A DNA stretch of 64,000 nt, taken from the NCBI GenBank assembly GCA_963701295.1, contig OY969585.1, forward strand, positions 1,408,001 through 1,472,000. The letters run 5' to 3'. This DNA is from Ignavibacteriota bacterium. GTDB lineage: Bacteria > Bacteroidota > Ignavibacteria > UBA10030. Of this stretch, positions 50,706 through 60,016 are shown piece by piece. The translations under genes and the position numbers were made by a program. Numbering within the stretch: the first letter of the stretch is position 1; each line of letters opens with the position of its first letter. The notes beneath the pieces were generated by a model, which ran no database searches, was not told where the DNA came from, and saw only the letters and a list, made by a program, of their open reading frames with translations.

Positions 50706-52163
50706 ATGTCTTGGAATGATCATTACGAACCTGTGATTGGGCTTGAAGTTCACGCACAACTCTTGACCAAATCGAAGACATTCTGTAGCTGCTCGACAAA
50801 ATTTGGGAATGAGCCGAATTCTCATGTGTGCCCCATCTGTCTTGGAATGCCGGGAGTGCTGCCGGTGATGACCAAGAATCACGTAGAATATATTATGAAG
50901 ATGGGATTGGCGACGAATTGCACAATTGCACCAAAATCGATCTTTGCACGGAAGAATTATTTCTACCCCGATCTTCCGAAGGGCTACCAGATTTCGCAGT
51001 ACGAAGAACCTATTTGCATCAACGGCTGGCTGGATGTTGAACTGAAGGATGGCTCAACCAAGCGTCTCGGTATCACACGCATCCATATGGAAGAAGATGC
51101 GGGCAAGTCAATACACGATCAGGATATCGACACGCTAGTGGATGTGAACCGCTGCGGTGTTCCGCTTATTGAGATTGTTAGTGAACCGGATATGCGCTCA
51201 CCGCATGAAGCATATCAGTACCTCTATAAAATTCGCCAGCTTGTGACCTATCTCAATATCTGCGATGGTAATATGGAAGAGGGAAGTTTACGGTGCGATG
51301 CAAACGTTTCGGTGCGAAAAAAAGGAGAAACAAAGCTTGGAACAAAAAGGGAAGTAAAAAATCTGAACTCATTCCGGTTTGTCGAAAAAGCATTGGAGTA
51401 TGAAATTGAAAAGCAGATAGAAACGTTAGAAAACGGCGAAACCATTGTTCAACAGACATTATTATGGGATTCCAGTAAAGGGATTTGTATTCCGATGCGT
51501 TCGAAGGAAGAAGCACACGATTATCGCTATTTTCCTGATCCCGATCTCGTCCCGGTATTGGTTAGTCAAGAGTGGGTCAACTCCGTGAAAGCGACGTTGC
51601 CTGAACTTCCAATGGTACGCCGTAATCGTTATATCACTGAATTTAAATTGCCGAAGTACGATGCCGACATCCTTACTGCCGAACATGAACTGGCGGATTA
51701 TTTTGAAGGTGTTGTTACTTGTCTCAGCAAAAAAAATGAAGAAACGTACAAGCTCGCGAGCAACTGGACGATGGTGGATGTTCTGCGGGTTGTGAATGAT
51801 CAGCATATCTCGGTTTCCCATTTTCCAGTTTCACCCAAAAATTTATCCGAGATGATCGATTTAATTGTCGATGGAACAATCAGCGGTAAGATTGCCAAAG
51901 ATGTCTTTGAGGAAATGTTGAAATCGCAGGATTCACCCAAATCGATCGTGGAAAAGAGGGGTTTAATGCAGGTGAGCGATGAATCTGTAATTGGAAAAGT
52001 GATCGATGAAATTCTTGCGAACAATCAGGGACAAGCAGAACAGTATAAAAGCGGAAAGCAGCAGGTCTTTGGATTTTTTGTCGGTGCGACAATGAAAACG
52101 ATGAAGGGGAAAGCGAATCCGAAAGTGGTGAATGAGGTGTTGAGGAAGAAGTTGAGTAGTTGA
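50706..52163 (+). CDS. gatB: Asp-tRNA(Asn)/Glu-tRNA(Gln) amidotransferase subunit B
   Basis: [61 protein letters not shown]. Confidence 0.98.
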   Translation: MSWNDHYEPVIGLEVHAQLLTKSKTFCSCSTKFGNEPNSHVCPICLGMPGVLPVMTKNHVEYIMKMGLATNCTIAPKSIFARKNYFYPDLPKGYQISQYEEPICINGWLDVELKDGSTKRLGITRIHMEEDAGKSIHDQDIDTLVDVNRCGVPLIEIVSEPDMRSPHEAYQYLYKIRQLVTYLNICDGNMEEGSLRCDANVSVRKKGETKLGTKREVKNLNSFRFVEKALEYEIEKQIETLENGETIVQQTLLWDSSKGICIPMRSKEEAHDYRYFPDPDLVPVLVSQEWVNSVKATLPELPMVRRNRYITEFKLPKYDADILTAEHELADYFEGVVTCLSKKNEETYKLASNWTMVDVLRVVNDQHISVSHFPVSPKNLSEMIDLIVDGTISGKIAKDVFEEMLKSQDSPKSIVEKRGLMQVSDESVIGKVIDEILANNQGQAEQYKSGKQQVFGFFVGATMKTMKGKANPKVVNEVLRKKLSS

Positions 52164-52205
52164 GATATTGAGATGATAAGATAGTGAGATAAAAGATTTT
52201 GAGAG
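52153..52205. repeat. Degenerate 8-bp tandem array (TGAGATNN), left arm
   Basis: TGAG/TAAG at 52153, 52161, 52169, 52177, 52185 (period 8) and again at 52200. Confidence 0.8.
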
Positions 52206-52215
52206 GGCAAAATCA

Positions 52216-52581
52216 TTGCATAACTTAGAAGAACTACAGGTGTATCATAAAGCATTAATCTTTACAAAAACGGTTAGAAAGATAGTGAAGGCTTTTCCAA
52301 AAGACGAATTGTTTGGATTGATTTCTCAATTTAAGCGGGCGGCTGATTCAATTGTTCTTAATATCGCTGAAGGAGCAGGTAATTCTTCAAATAAAGAATT
52401 TATTCATTTTCTTGACTATTCTATTCGTTCATCTTTTGAATGCAAAGGATGTCTGGATATAGCACTTGAAAATAGTTTTGTCAATGAGGATGAGCATCAA
52501 AAAATGATAACTAATGCAAACGAACTTATTGCAATGCTTTATGGACTCCAAAAGCATCTAAAACAAAAACAGAAATCTTAA
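52216..52581 (+). CDS. Four-helix-bundle protein (23S rRNA IVP / TIGR02436-like)
   Basis: L.VY.KA, FPKDELFGLISQFKRAADSIVLNIAEG, EF..FL..S..S..E motif; TTG start. Confidence 0.9.
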   Translation: MHNLEELQVYHKALIFTKTVRKIVKAFPKDELFGLISQFKRAADSIVLNIAEGAGNSSNKEFIHFLDYSIRSSFECKGCLDIALENSFVNEDEHQKMITNANELIAMLYGLQKHLKQKQKS

Positions 52582-52584
52582 ATT

Positions 52585-52623
52585 ACATCTCATAATCTCA
52601 ATTTCTTATAATCTAATATCTTA
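52585..52623. repeat. Degenerate 8-bp tandem array (NNATCTCA), right arm, inverted relative to 52153-52205
   Basis: ACATCTCA TAATCTCA ATTTCTTA TAATCTAA TATCTTA. Confidence 0.8.
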
Positions 52624-52648
52624 TTCAACTAAACAGAAAGAAAGCATC

Positions 52649-53407
52649 ATGCGTCTCAAAGTAATCGCCGGTAACTGGAAAATGAACAAAGACTTGAATG
52701 AGTCAGCAGAACTCATCAATGGTCTCAAATCGAAACTTACAACGTTGCCGAATGGCGTGAAAGCCATTGTCTGTCCACCGTTTATATCTCTTGCACTTGC
52801 AAAGGAACTGCTCAAGGGATCGCCCATCGAACTCGGTGCACAGAATATGTATTATGAAGACGAGGGAGCATTCACGGGAGAAGTTTCGGCAAAAATGCTC
52901 AAATTAGTCGGATGTAAATATGTTATCCTTGGCCATTCTGAACGTCGCCAGTACTTTAAAGAATCGGACGAGTTCATCAATACAAAAGCAAAGAAGGCTC
53001 TTGCATCGGGATTGATTCCAATCATTTGTATTGGCGAGACGTTGCAGGAGCGCGAAAAGAATATTACAAATCAGGTGGTAACAACTCAAGTCGCTGGATG
53101 TCTGAAAGGTATTCAAGCATCCGATGTCGAAAAATCGATTATAGCATACGAGCCGGTATGGGCAATTGGAACGGGAAAAGTTGCGACTCCACAGCAAGCA
53201 CAGGATGTGCACAAACTCATTCGTGGGCTTGTTGCTCAATTGTACAGCTCTGCAACGGCGGAGAAAGTCGTTATTCAGTACGGCGGCAGCGTGAAGCCGG
53301 ATAATGCAAAAGAACTTTTGCATCAGCCCGATATTGACGGCGCACTCGTTGGCGGCGCTTGTCTGAAAGCGGATTCGTTTGCTGCAATTGTACAAGCAGC
53401 GGCTTAA
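52649..53407 (+). CDS. tpiA: Triosephosphate isomerase
   Basis: AGNWKMN, GAFTGEVS, LGHSERR, AYEPVWAIGTG, YGGSV, LVGGA. Confidence 0.98.
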   Translation: MRLKVIAGNWKMNKDLNESAELINGLKSKLTTLPNGVKAIVCPPFISLALAKELLKGSPIELGAQNMYYEDEGAFTGEVSAKMLKLVGCKYVILGHSERRQYFKESDEFINTKAKKALASGLIPIICIGETLQEREKNITNQVVTTQVAGCLKGIQASDVEKSIIAYEPVWAIGTGKVATPQQAQDVHKLIRGLVAQLYSSATAEKVVIQYGGSVKPDNAKELLHQPDIDGALVGGACLKADSFAAIVQAAA

Positions 53408-53432
53408 GTTAGCTTGTCGAAATATAAAAGTT

Positions 53433-53470
53433 AAGAGGCGGCACTTGAAGAGGTGCTGCCTCTTTTTTTT
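53433..53470 (+). terminator. Rho-independent terminator after tpiA
   Basis: agaggcggcac / gtgctgcctct stem followed by a T run. Confidence 0.85.
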
Positions 53471-53525
53471 ATCTTCACATTAGATTAACGCGTGTTTCTT
53501 GGATGTTACGGGAACTTTCCGTAAA

Positions 53526-53554
53526 TTTCGACTGTTTAACTAATATAGTCGAAA
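53526..53554. promoter_or_regulatory. Candidate TetR operator
   Basis: tttcgact-N13-agtcgaaa inverted repeat ending 8 nt before the TetR ATG. Confidence 0.6.
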
Positions 53555-53562
53555 GGTCAATC

Positions 53563-54183
53563 ATGGAAAATAAGCTTTCGAGAGACAAAGAAGAACTCAT
53601 TTTGCATGCCGCCCAGCGCCGGTTTGCCGCGTATAGTTACTCAAAAGTGACCATGGACGAGATTGCCGATGACATCGGCATGGCAAAAGCTTCTCTCTAT
53701 TATTACTTCCCTACAAAGGAAGCAATTTTCCGGTCAGTGGTTCAGCATGAACAGGAAGAGTTTCTCGCCCAGGCAAAAGAAGTCCTTGCACTTAGTGGTT
53801 CAGCATGCAATAAGATGGTTGAATATGTTCGCCTCCGGATGAAGTTGACTGAACGGCTCAGCAATCTCAGCCAGATTCATCAGCAGGCATGGCACGATGT
53901 CAAACCGATCTTTCAGGAACTCTTCAAGACATTCATTCAGCATGAGCTTCAATATGTAACACAAATCCTTCAGGAAGGCAAGAAATCAGGTGAGTTTCAT
54001 CTTGAAGAACCCAAAAAAAATGCATCCATGATTTTGCACGTCCTGCAAGGACTTCATCTCAGATTCTTTCAAGGATATGATCAACAAGCAATCAGTGAAT
54101 CGGAACATGAGTTATTTGAATATGAAACTCTACTTTTTGTAAATACCATTCTTCTCGGTCTTTGCAAGAAATTAAAACATTAA
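53563..54183 (+). CDS. TetR/AcrR family regulator
   Basis: Start at MENKLS; ILHAA..RF...TMDEIADDIGMAKASLYYYFPTKE HTH. Confidence 0.93.
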   Translation: MENKLSRDKEELILHAAQRRFAAYSYSKVTMDEIADDIGMAKASLYYYFPTKEAIFRSVVQHEQEEFLAQAKEVLALSGSACNKMVEYVRLRMKLTERLSNLSQIHQQAWHDVKPIFQELFKTFIQHELQYVTQILQEGKKSGEFHLEEPKKNASMILHVLQGLHLRFFQGYDQQAISESEHELFEYETLLFVNTILLGLCKKLKH

Positions 54184-54205
54184 TACAGCGAAAGGATATT
54201 CTTTT

Positions 54206-55219
54206 ATGCCACAGCAAGACGACAAAGTTGTAAAACAAAAACCTCAATTATCCGAGCAACGTGAAATCAATACTACGAACGGAAACGATGCAGCGCCGAT
54301 TGAATCGGTGCCCCTCTACAGAAATGTAAAAGTAGTTATACCGCTTTTTCTTGTAGTACTGGCGATTGCCATTTTTGCATGGCAGTATTATGTGACGTTA
54401 CGCGACTTTGTCTCGACGGACGATGCATACATAGACGCAGACAGGGTTTCTGTCAGTGCGAAAATACTCGGGAGGATAGATCAACTGACCGTCGACGAAG
54501 GAGATTCAGTTCGGCAAGGACAAATTCTGGTAAGGTTGGATGACAGCGACTTGCGTGCGCAGGAAGCACAGGCGAAAGCCTCGCTCGCGTTTGCCCGGGA
54601 AAATATATCACTTGCAAAAGTTAACTTGGAGAAAGCGCAGCTGGATTATCAGCGGGCATTGTCACAATTTAACCAGAACATTATTCCAAAAGAGCAGTAT
54701 GACCATGCGCAAAGCGAATTTGAATCGACCAAGGCGCGGCTCAATATTGCCAATGCGCAGACAGCAGCCGCACAGGCACAGCTTGGCGTGATCCAAACAC
54801 AATTGACGAACACCGTGATCGAATCACCGATGACAGGTGTTGTTTCTAAGCGCTGGGTTTTGACAGGTGATGTTGTGCAGCCCGGTCAATCTATTTTCAC
54901 AATCTATAATGTGAAAGACGTTTGGGTGACGGCAAACCTGGAAGAGACGAGTCTGTCTAATTTGCGCCTCGGTGATAAAGTGGACATAAGCGTTGACACC
55001 TATCCCAATATAAAATTTATCGGGACTATTCTACGTCTCGGTTCCAATACAGCATCGCAGTTTTCTTTGATTCCACCTAATAACGCATCCGGGAATTTCA
55101 CAAAGGTAACCCAGCGTGTTCCGATAAAGATCTCTATCGAAAAGGTAGACAGCGATCATTCTCAACATGTCGAATTACTGCCCGGTATGTCGGTTGAAGT
55201 CAAGGTGAAGGTTCGTTGA
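54206..55219 (+). CDS. emrA: EmrA/HlyD-type membrane fusion protein
   Basis: One TM, STDDAYI, lipoyl-like halves, FSLIPPNNASGNFTKVTQRVP, LLPGMSV. Confidence 0.9.
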   Translation: MPQQDDKVVKQKPQLSEQREINTTNGNDAAPIESVPLYRNVKVVIPLFLVVLAIAIFAWQYYVTLRDFVSTDDAYIDADRVSVSAKILGRIDQLTVDEGDSVRQGQILVRLDDSDLRAQEAQAKASLAFARENISLAKVNLEKAQLDYQRALSQFNQNIIPKEQYDHAQSEFESTKARLNIANAQTAAAQAQLGVIQTQLTNTVIESPMTGVVSKRWVLTGDVVQPGQSIFTIYNVKDVWVTANLEETSLSNLRLGDKVDISVDTYPNIKFIGTILRLGSNTASQFSLIPPNNASGNFTKVTQRVPIKISIEKVDSDHSQHVELLPGMSVEVKVKVR

Positions 55220-55221
55220 CT

Positions 55222-56841
55222 ATGTTTTCAGGAATAACACATCGTTTGAAATTAGGGTTTACTCATCGTGTACCGTCACTTCATCATGAACATACCTCGT
55301 ACCGCTGGTGGGTTCTGGCGAACGTGATGATCGGCACTTTTATGGCAGTGCTCGATGCCACGATCGTGGATGTTTCCTTATCGAAAATTATGGCATCGTT
55401 CGGAATTACTGTTGATAAAGCCGAATGGGTGATTACCGCATACATGCTGGTCTTTGCAGTCATGCTCCCGACATCGGGATGGATCGCAGATCACTTTGGA
55501 TATAAGAGAACTTATTTTTTAGCATTATCATTGTTTACTTTAGGTTCATTTCTCTGCGGGCAGGCTTGGAATGAAAATATGCTTATCATTTTTAGAATCG
55601 TTCAGGCGTGCGGCGCGGGATTGATAATGCCAACCGGCATGGCGATTGTGACTCGCGAATTTCCACCCCAGCAGCGCGGAGTTGCGCTTGGGTTCTGGGC
55701 TATTGCAGCAGCAGCTTCCGTTTCGCTCGGTCCAATGATAGGAGGATATCTCATTGATAATATAAATTGGAATGCAATTTTTAATGTGAATGTACCTGTT
55801 GGCATTATGGGTTTGTTTGCAACGGCGGTCATTCAGCGTGAATATAAAACGGAGCGCACGAGGTCGTTTGACGTGATTGGATTCGTATCGATGGCAACGT
55901 TTCTTTGTGCGCTTCTGCTGGCATTGACGGATGGCAATGCTTCGTGGAATACCGGCGGGTGGTCGTCTCCGTTTATCACTTCGTGTTTTGTTATATCGGC
56001 ATTCGGGCTTATTGTGTTCTTAGTGACGGAACTTACCATTGAACATCCGCTCATTGACTTGAGTTTGCTCAAGGATTTTAATTTTAGCGTAGCAAACGGT
56101 ATTCTCTTTATTTTCGGATTCGGGATGTTCGGCAGCACATTTTTGCTTCCTCTGTATCTCCAGCTGTCGATGGGATATACGGCATTTCAGGCAGGCTCGC
56201 TGTTTTTACCTGTCGGTATCCTTCAAGCGATCACCGCTCCGATTTCCGGCTTTCTGTCGGATAAGGTAAATCCCAAAATTCCTGCTGTTATCGGCATTAC
56301 ATTATTGGCATTGAGCCTTTTCATCAACAGTTCATTGTCTTTGTATTCGGAACGTCATCAGATTATGCTGGCACTGTACATCCGCGGATTTGCCATGGGA
56401 TTGATGTTCACGCCTCTTTCAATGACGGCGCTTTCCAATATTCCGCGGCACAAAATTGGGCAGGCATCCGGGTTATTTAATGTCATTCGGCAATTAGGCG
56501 GGAGCTTCGGCATTGCTTTTATGAGCACATTGCTGCTGCGGCGTACAATTTATCATACAGCAGCATACAGCCAGGTCGTGAACTCTCAATCAGATGCGTT
56601 TCAACAAACTGCACAACATTTAGCGCGTTTCAGCATGAATGCGGTTGGCGGAAATCAATCTCTTGCAGTGATGCGTGCTCATGCTCTTATTGCCTCGCAC
56701 ATTTCTACCCAGGCGTTTATCCGTGCTGTTGGTGACGACTTTTTGGTGGCATCGATTATCACTATTGCTGCGCTTGTCCCCATTTTATTCCTTCGTGTAC
56801 GAAAACGAGAGAAATCCGAACATGTATCGGTAATGGAATAA
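55222..56841 (+). CDS. emrB: DHA2 (EmrB/QacA) MFS efflux permease, copy 1
   Basis: FMAVLDATIV, WVITAY, GWIADHFG, FRIVQ, GPMIGG, FNVNVPVG, RQLGGSFG. Confidence 0.92.
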   Translation: MFSGITHRLKLGFTHRVPSLHHEHTSYRWWVLANVMIGTFMAVLDATIVDVSLSKIMASFGITVDKAEWVITAYMLVFAVMLPTSGWIADHFGYKRTYFLALSLFTLGSFLCGQAWNENMLIIFRIVQACGAGLIMPTGMAIVTREFPPQQRGVALGFWAIAAAASVSLGPMIGGYLIDNINWNAIFNVNVPVGIMGLFATAVIQREYKTERTRSFDVIGFVSMATFLCALLLALTDGNASWNTGGWSSPFITSCFVISAFGLIVFLVTELTIEHPLIDLSLLKDFNFSVANGILFIFGFGMFGSTFLLPLYLQLSMGYTAFQAGSLFLPVGILQAITAPISGFLSDKVNPKIPAVIGITLLALSLFINSSLSLYSERHQIMLALYIRGFAMGLMFTPLSMTALSNIPRHKIGQASGLFNVIRQLGGSFGIAFMSTLLLRRTIYHTAAYSQVVNSQSDAFQQTAQHLARFSMNAVGGNQSLAVMRAHALIASHISTQAFIRAVGDDFLVASIITIAALVPILFLRVRKREKSEHVSVME

Positions 56842-56888
56842 AAAAATTTCAATAACAAAGACAGGATTATACAAAAGACTGAAAAAAA

Positions 56889-57039
56889 ATGAATAGAATG
56901 AAAATAGTTTTATCGGTAGTCTTTCTTCTCGACGGTGTTGCCGCAGGTCAAGATTCGATGACAGTCGAACAGGCCGTTCAGAGAGTCCTTCGAATTACTG
57001 CCCGGCATGTCGGTTGAAGTCAAGGTAAGGGTTCACTAA
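56889..57039 (+). pseudogene. Chimeric remnant: first 34 codons of tolC fused out of frame to the last 16 codons of emrA
   Basis: 56889-56990 matches 58708-58809; 56991-57039 matches 55171-55219; the tolC frame stops at 57017 (42 aa). Confidence 0.88.
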
Positions 57040-57041
57040 TC

Positions 57042-58661
57042 ATGTTTTCAGGAAAAACACATCGGTTGAAACAAGGTTTTATCAGCCGTCTACCGTCGCT
57101 TCACCACGAACACACCTCGTACCGCTGGTGGATTTTGGCGAACGTGATGATCGGTACTTTCATGGCTGTGCTCGATGCTACGATCGTGAATGTTGCCTTG
57201 CCGAAAATTATGTCGTCGTTCGGAATTACTGTCGATAAGGCCGAATGGGTGATTACCGCATACATGCTGGTCCTTGCTGTCATGCTCCCGACATCCGGAT
57301 GGATCGCAGATCACTTCGGATACAAGAGAACATATTTTTTAGCGTTGTTCTTGTTTACAGCCGGCTCGTTTCTCTGCGGGCTGGCATGGAATGAAAATGT
57401 GCTCATCATTTTCAGAATCGTTCAGGCAAGCGGCGCAGGATTGCTGATGCCGACCGGCATGGCGATTATAACCCGTGAATTTCCGCTGCAACAGCGCGGC
57501 GTTGCGCTTGGGTTCTGGTCTATTGCAGCAGCAGCTTCCGTATCGCTCGGTCCAATGATAGGAGGATATCTCATTGATAATCTTAATTGGTATACAATTT
57601 TTAACATAAATGTACCGATCGGGATAATCGCTTTATTCGCAACGATGGTCATTCAACGTGAATATAAAACAGAGCGCACACGGTCGTTTGATGTGATTGG
57701 ATTCATATCGATGGCAACGTTTCTTTGTGCGCTGATGCTGGCACTGACGGATGGCAATGCTTCGTGGAATACCGGCGGGTGGTCTTCGCCGTTTATCGTT
57801 TCGTGTTTTGTTATATCAGCGTTCGCACTTGCCGTGTTCTTAATGACGGAATTTACAATTGAACATCCGCTCATTGACTTGCGCTTGTTCAAGGATTTTA
57901 ATTTTAGCGTAGCAAATAGTATTCTCTTCATTTTTGGACTCGGGATGTTCGGCAGCACATTTTTGCTTCCCCTGTATCTCCAGTTATCGCTGGGATACAC
58001 GGCATTTCAGGCAGGCGTGATTTTTTTGCCTGTCGGTATCCTTCAAGCGATCACTGCTCCGATTTCCGGCCTGCTGTCGGATAAGATAAATCCTAAAGTT
58101 CCAGCGGGTATTGGCATTATATTATTGGCATTAAGCCTTTTCCTCAACAGTTCATTGTCTTTGTATTCGGAACACCATCAGATTATGCTTCCACTCTACA
58201 TCCGCGGATTTGCCATGGGATTGATGTTCACACCTCTTTCGATGGCGGCGCTTTCCAATATACCTCGGCACAAAATCGGCCAGGCATCCGGGTTATTCAA
58301 TGTTATTCGGCAATTGGGCGGGAGCTTCGGTATTGCATTTATGAGCACATTGCTGCTGAGGCGTTCCATTTATCACATGTCAACATATAGCGAGGTTGTG
58401 AATCAACAATCGGATGCATTTCGTCAGGTTGCGCAGCATTTGACGCGTTTTAGTATGAATGCAGTTGGCGGGAACCAATCTCTTGCAGCGATGCGCGCCA
58501 CAGCGTTAATTGCATCGCACATTTCTACTCAGGCATTTATCCGTGCTGTTTGCGACGACTTTTTGGTAGCATCGATTATCACTATTGCTGCGCTTGCTCC
58601 CATTTTATTCATCCGTGTACGAAAACGAAATAAATCTGAACATATATCGGTAATGGAATAA
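57042..58661 (+). CDS. emrB: DHA2 (EmrB/QacA) MFS efflux permease, copy 2
   Basis: Collinear, highly similar paralog of 55222-56841, same length (539 aa). Confidence 0.92.
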   Translation: MFSGKTHRLKQGFISRLPSLHHEHTSYRWWILANVMIGTFMAVLDATIVNVALPKIMSSFGITVDKAEWVITAYMLVLAVMLPTSGWIADHFGYKRTYFLALFLFTAGSFLCGLAWNENVLIIFRIVQASGAGLLMPTGMAIITREFPLQQRGVALGFWSIAAAASVSLGPMIGGYLIDNLNWYTIFNINVPIGIIALFATMVIQREYKTERTRSFDVIGFISMATFLCALMLALTDGNASWNTGGWSSPFIVSCFVISAFALAVFLMTEFTIEHPLIDLRLFKDFNFSVANSILFIFGLGMFGSTFLLPLYLQLSLGYTAFQAGVIFLPVGILQAITAPISGLLSDKINPKVPAGIGIILLALSLFLNSSLSLYSEHHQIMLPLYIRGFAMGLMFTPLSMAALSNIPRHKIGQASGLFNVIRQLGGSFGIAFMSTLLLRRSIYHMSTYSEVVNQQSDAFRQVAQHLTRFSMNAVGGNQSLAAMRATALIASHISTQAFIRAVCDDFLVASIITIAALAPILFIRVRKRNKSEHISVME

Positions 58662-58707
58662 AAAAATTTCAATAACAAAGACAAGATTATACAAAGGACT
58701 GAAAAAT

Positions 58708-60006
58708 ATGAATAGAATGAAAATAGTTTTATCGGTAGTCTTTCTTCTCAACGGTGTTGCCGCAGGTCAAGATTCGATGACAGTTGAACAAGCTGTTCAA
58801 CGAGTTCTCCAAACCCACCCGGCTATTGAACAAGGATTGGCTAATACACGTGCCGCCGAAGCGCGTGTCCAACAAACATCAAGTATGCGCATGCCGGATG
58901 CAGACATTGAAGCATCGTATGCTTACCTCGGTCCCCCTATTCCTTTTTATTTCGGAGTTTTGGGGCCATTTCAGTTTTATCCAAACAATAATTATGACGC
59001 TCATGTCGGAGCTGGTTATATGCTGTACGATTTCGGGAAGACAAGTGCTGTCATCGACGCAGCACAATCTCACGTTCAATCTGCGCGGAATATGGTTGAG
59101 TTAACAAAAAACGGATTGGGTTATCAAACCATTCGAACATTTTATACGATATTGTTTCTCCAAAAATCAATCCAGGTGGCGGATGAACAAATTGAAACGT
59201 TCAACGAACATCTCTCTCTTACTCGGAAAAAGGTCAACGTCGGAACTGCGACAAGTTTCGATGTCCTGACAACTGAAGTTCGTGTCGCCTCTGCTCAGAA
59301 TCAAAAAGTAGAATTGGAAAATTCTCTACACCAGCAAGAATCTATATTGCGCCAGTTACTCGGTGAAAAAGAAGCATCTCCGATTACACTTGTCGGCGAA
59401 TTTACAATGACTCCTGTAGCGCTAAATGCCGATTCACTTATAGAACAAGCATTCGCACAGCGCGTGGAACTGAAACTTGATCGGAATGCTCAAACGACTG
59501 CCGACCTCCAGTATAAAGTGGCATCCCGCAGCAATGTACCGTCACTCCATATCAACGCAGACTACGGCATAAAGAACGGGCTCTATTTTCCCGACCTTAA
59601 CGTCATTCGCGGTAATTGGGCTCTTGGCGCACAAGTACGCGTGCCTGTGTTCGACGGCTATCGCGTTGACCATATGGAAGAAGAAGCGCAAGCGATGATA
59701 CGTGCGGAACAGGCGCATGCGCAAAATACGGAACGGCAAATTCGATCAGATGTTGAACAGTCCGTGGCTGATGTTCAGGCATCGTGGTCGAATGTTCAAA
59801 TTTCAGACGTGCAGCTTCAGCAGGCACATGAAGCGGTCGCTATCGCACGAACGCGGTACGAGACGGGTTCTATTACTAACCTTGATCTTTTGGATGCAGA
59901 GACTGCCGAATCGACATCAAAGCTTATGAGTTTACAAGCACTCTATCGCTACGTCATCAGCAAATATGAGCTTGAACATGCGGTTGGCGCATCGTTTTCT
60001 TATTGA
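58708..60006 (+). CDS. TolC family outer membrane efflux protein
   Basis: Signal peptide, LYDFG, VPVFDG, RYETG....LDLLDAE repeats; efflux operon context. Confidence 0.9.
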   Translation: MNRMKIVLSVVFLLNGVAAGQDSMTVEQAVQRVLQTHPAIEQGLANTRAAEARVQQTSSMRMPDADIEASYAYLGPPIPFYFGVLGPFQFYPNNNYDAHVGAGYMLYDFGKTSAVIDAAQSHVQSARNMVELTKNGLGYQTIRTFYTILFLQKSIQVADEQIETFNEHLSLTRKKVNVGTATSFDVLTTEVRVASAQNQKVELENSLHQQESILRQLLGEKEASPITLVGEFTMTPVALNADSLIEQAFAQRVELKLDRNAQTTADLQYKVASRSNVPSLHINADYGIKNGLYFPDLNVIRGNWALGAQVRVPVFDGYRVDHMEEEAQAMIRAEQAHAQNTERQIRSDVEQSVADVQASWSNVQISDVQLQQAHEAVAIARTRYETGSITNLDLLDAETAESTSKLMSLQALYRYVISKYELEHAVGASFSY

Positions 60007-60016
60007 CACATAGGTT

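Larger units (their letters stand above)
55171..58809 (+). repeat. Direct tandem duplication, unit about 1820 bp (55171-56990 and 56991-58809)
   Basis: cgaattactgcccgg at 55171 and 56991; emrB starts and stops offset by exactly 1820; downstream intergenic and tolC 5' sequence present twice. Confidence 0.93.

Noticed and set aside
49471-52163. sucC without sucD and gatB without gatCA as anomalies
   Set aside because: Dispersed subunit genes are common, and partners may lie outside this window
52216-52581. Diversity-generating retroelement suggested by the Avd-like fold
   Set aside because: No reverse transcriptase and no template/variable repeat pair with adenine-specific mismatches in the window
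50663-52623. CRISPR array
   Set aside because: Units are 8-nt degenerate tandem repeats without spacers; no cas genes
55171-58809. emrB repeat pair as DGR TR/VR or an IS-mediated duplication
   Set aside because: Differences are mostly third-position and involve all bases; no transposase, terminal inverted repeats or target duplication seen
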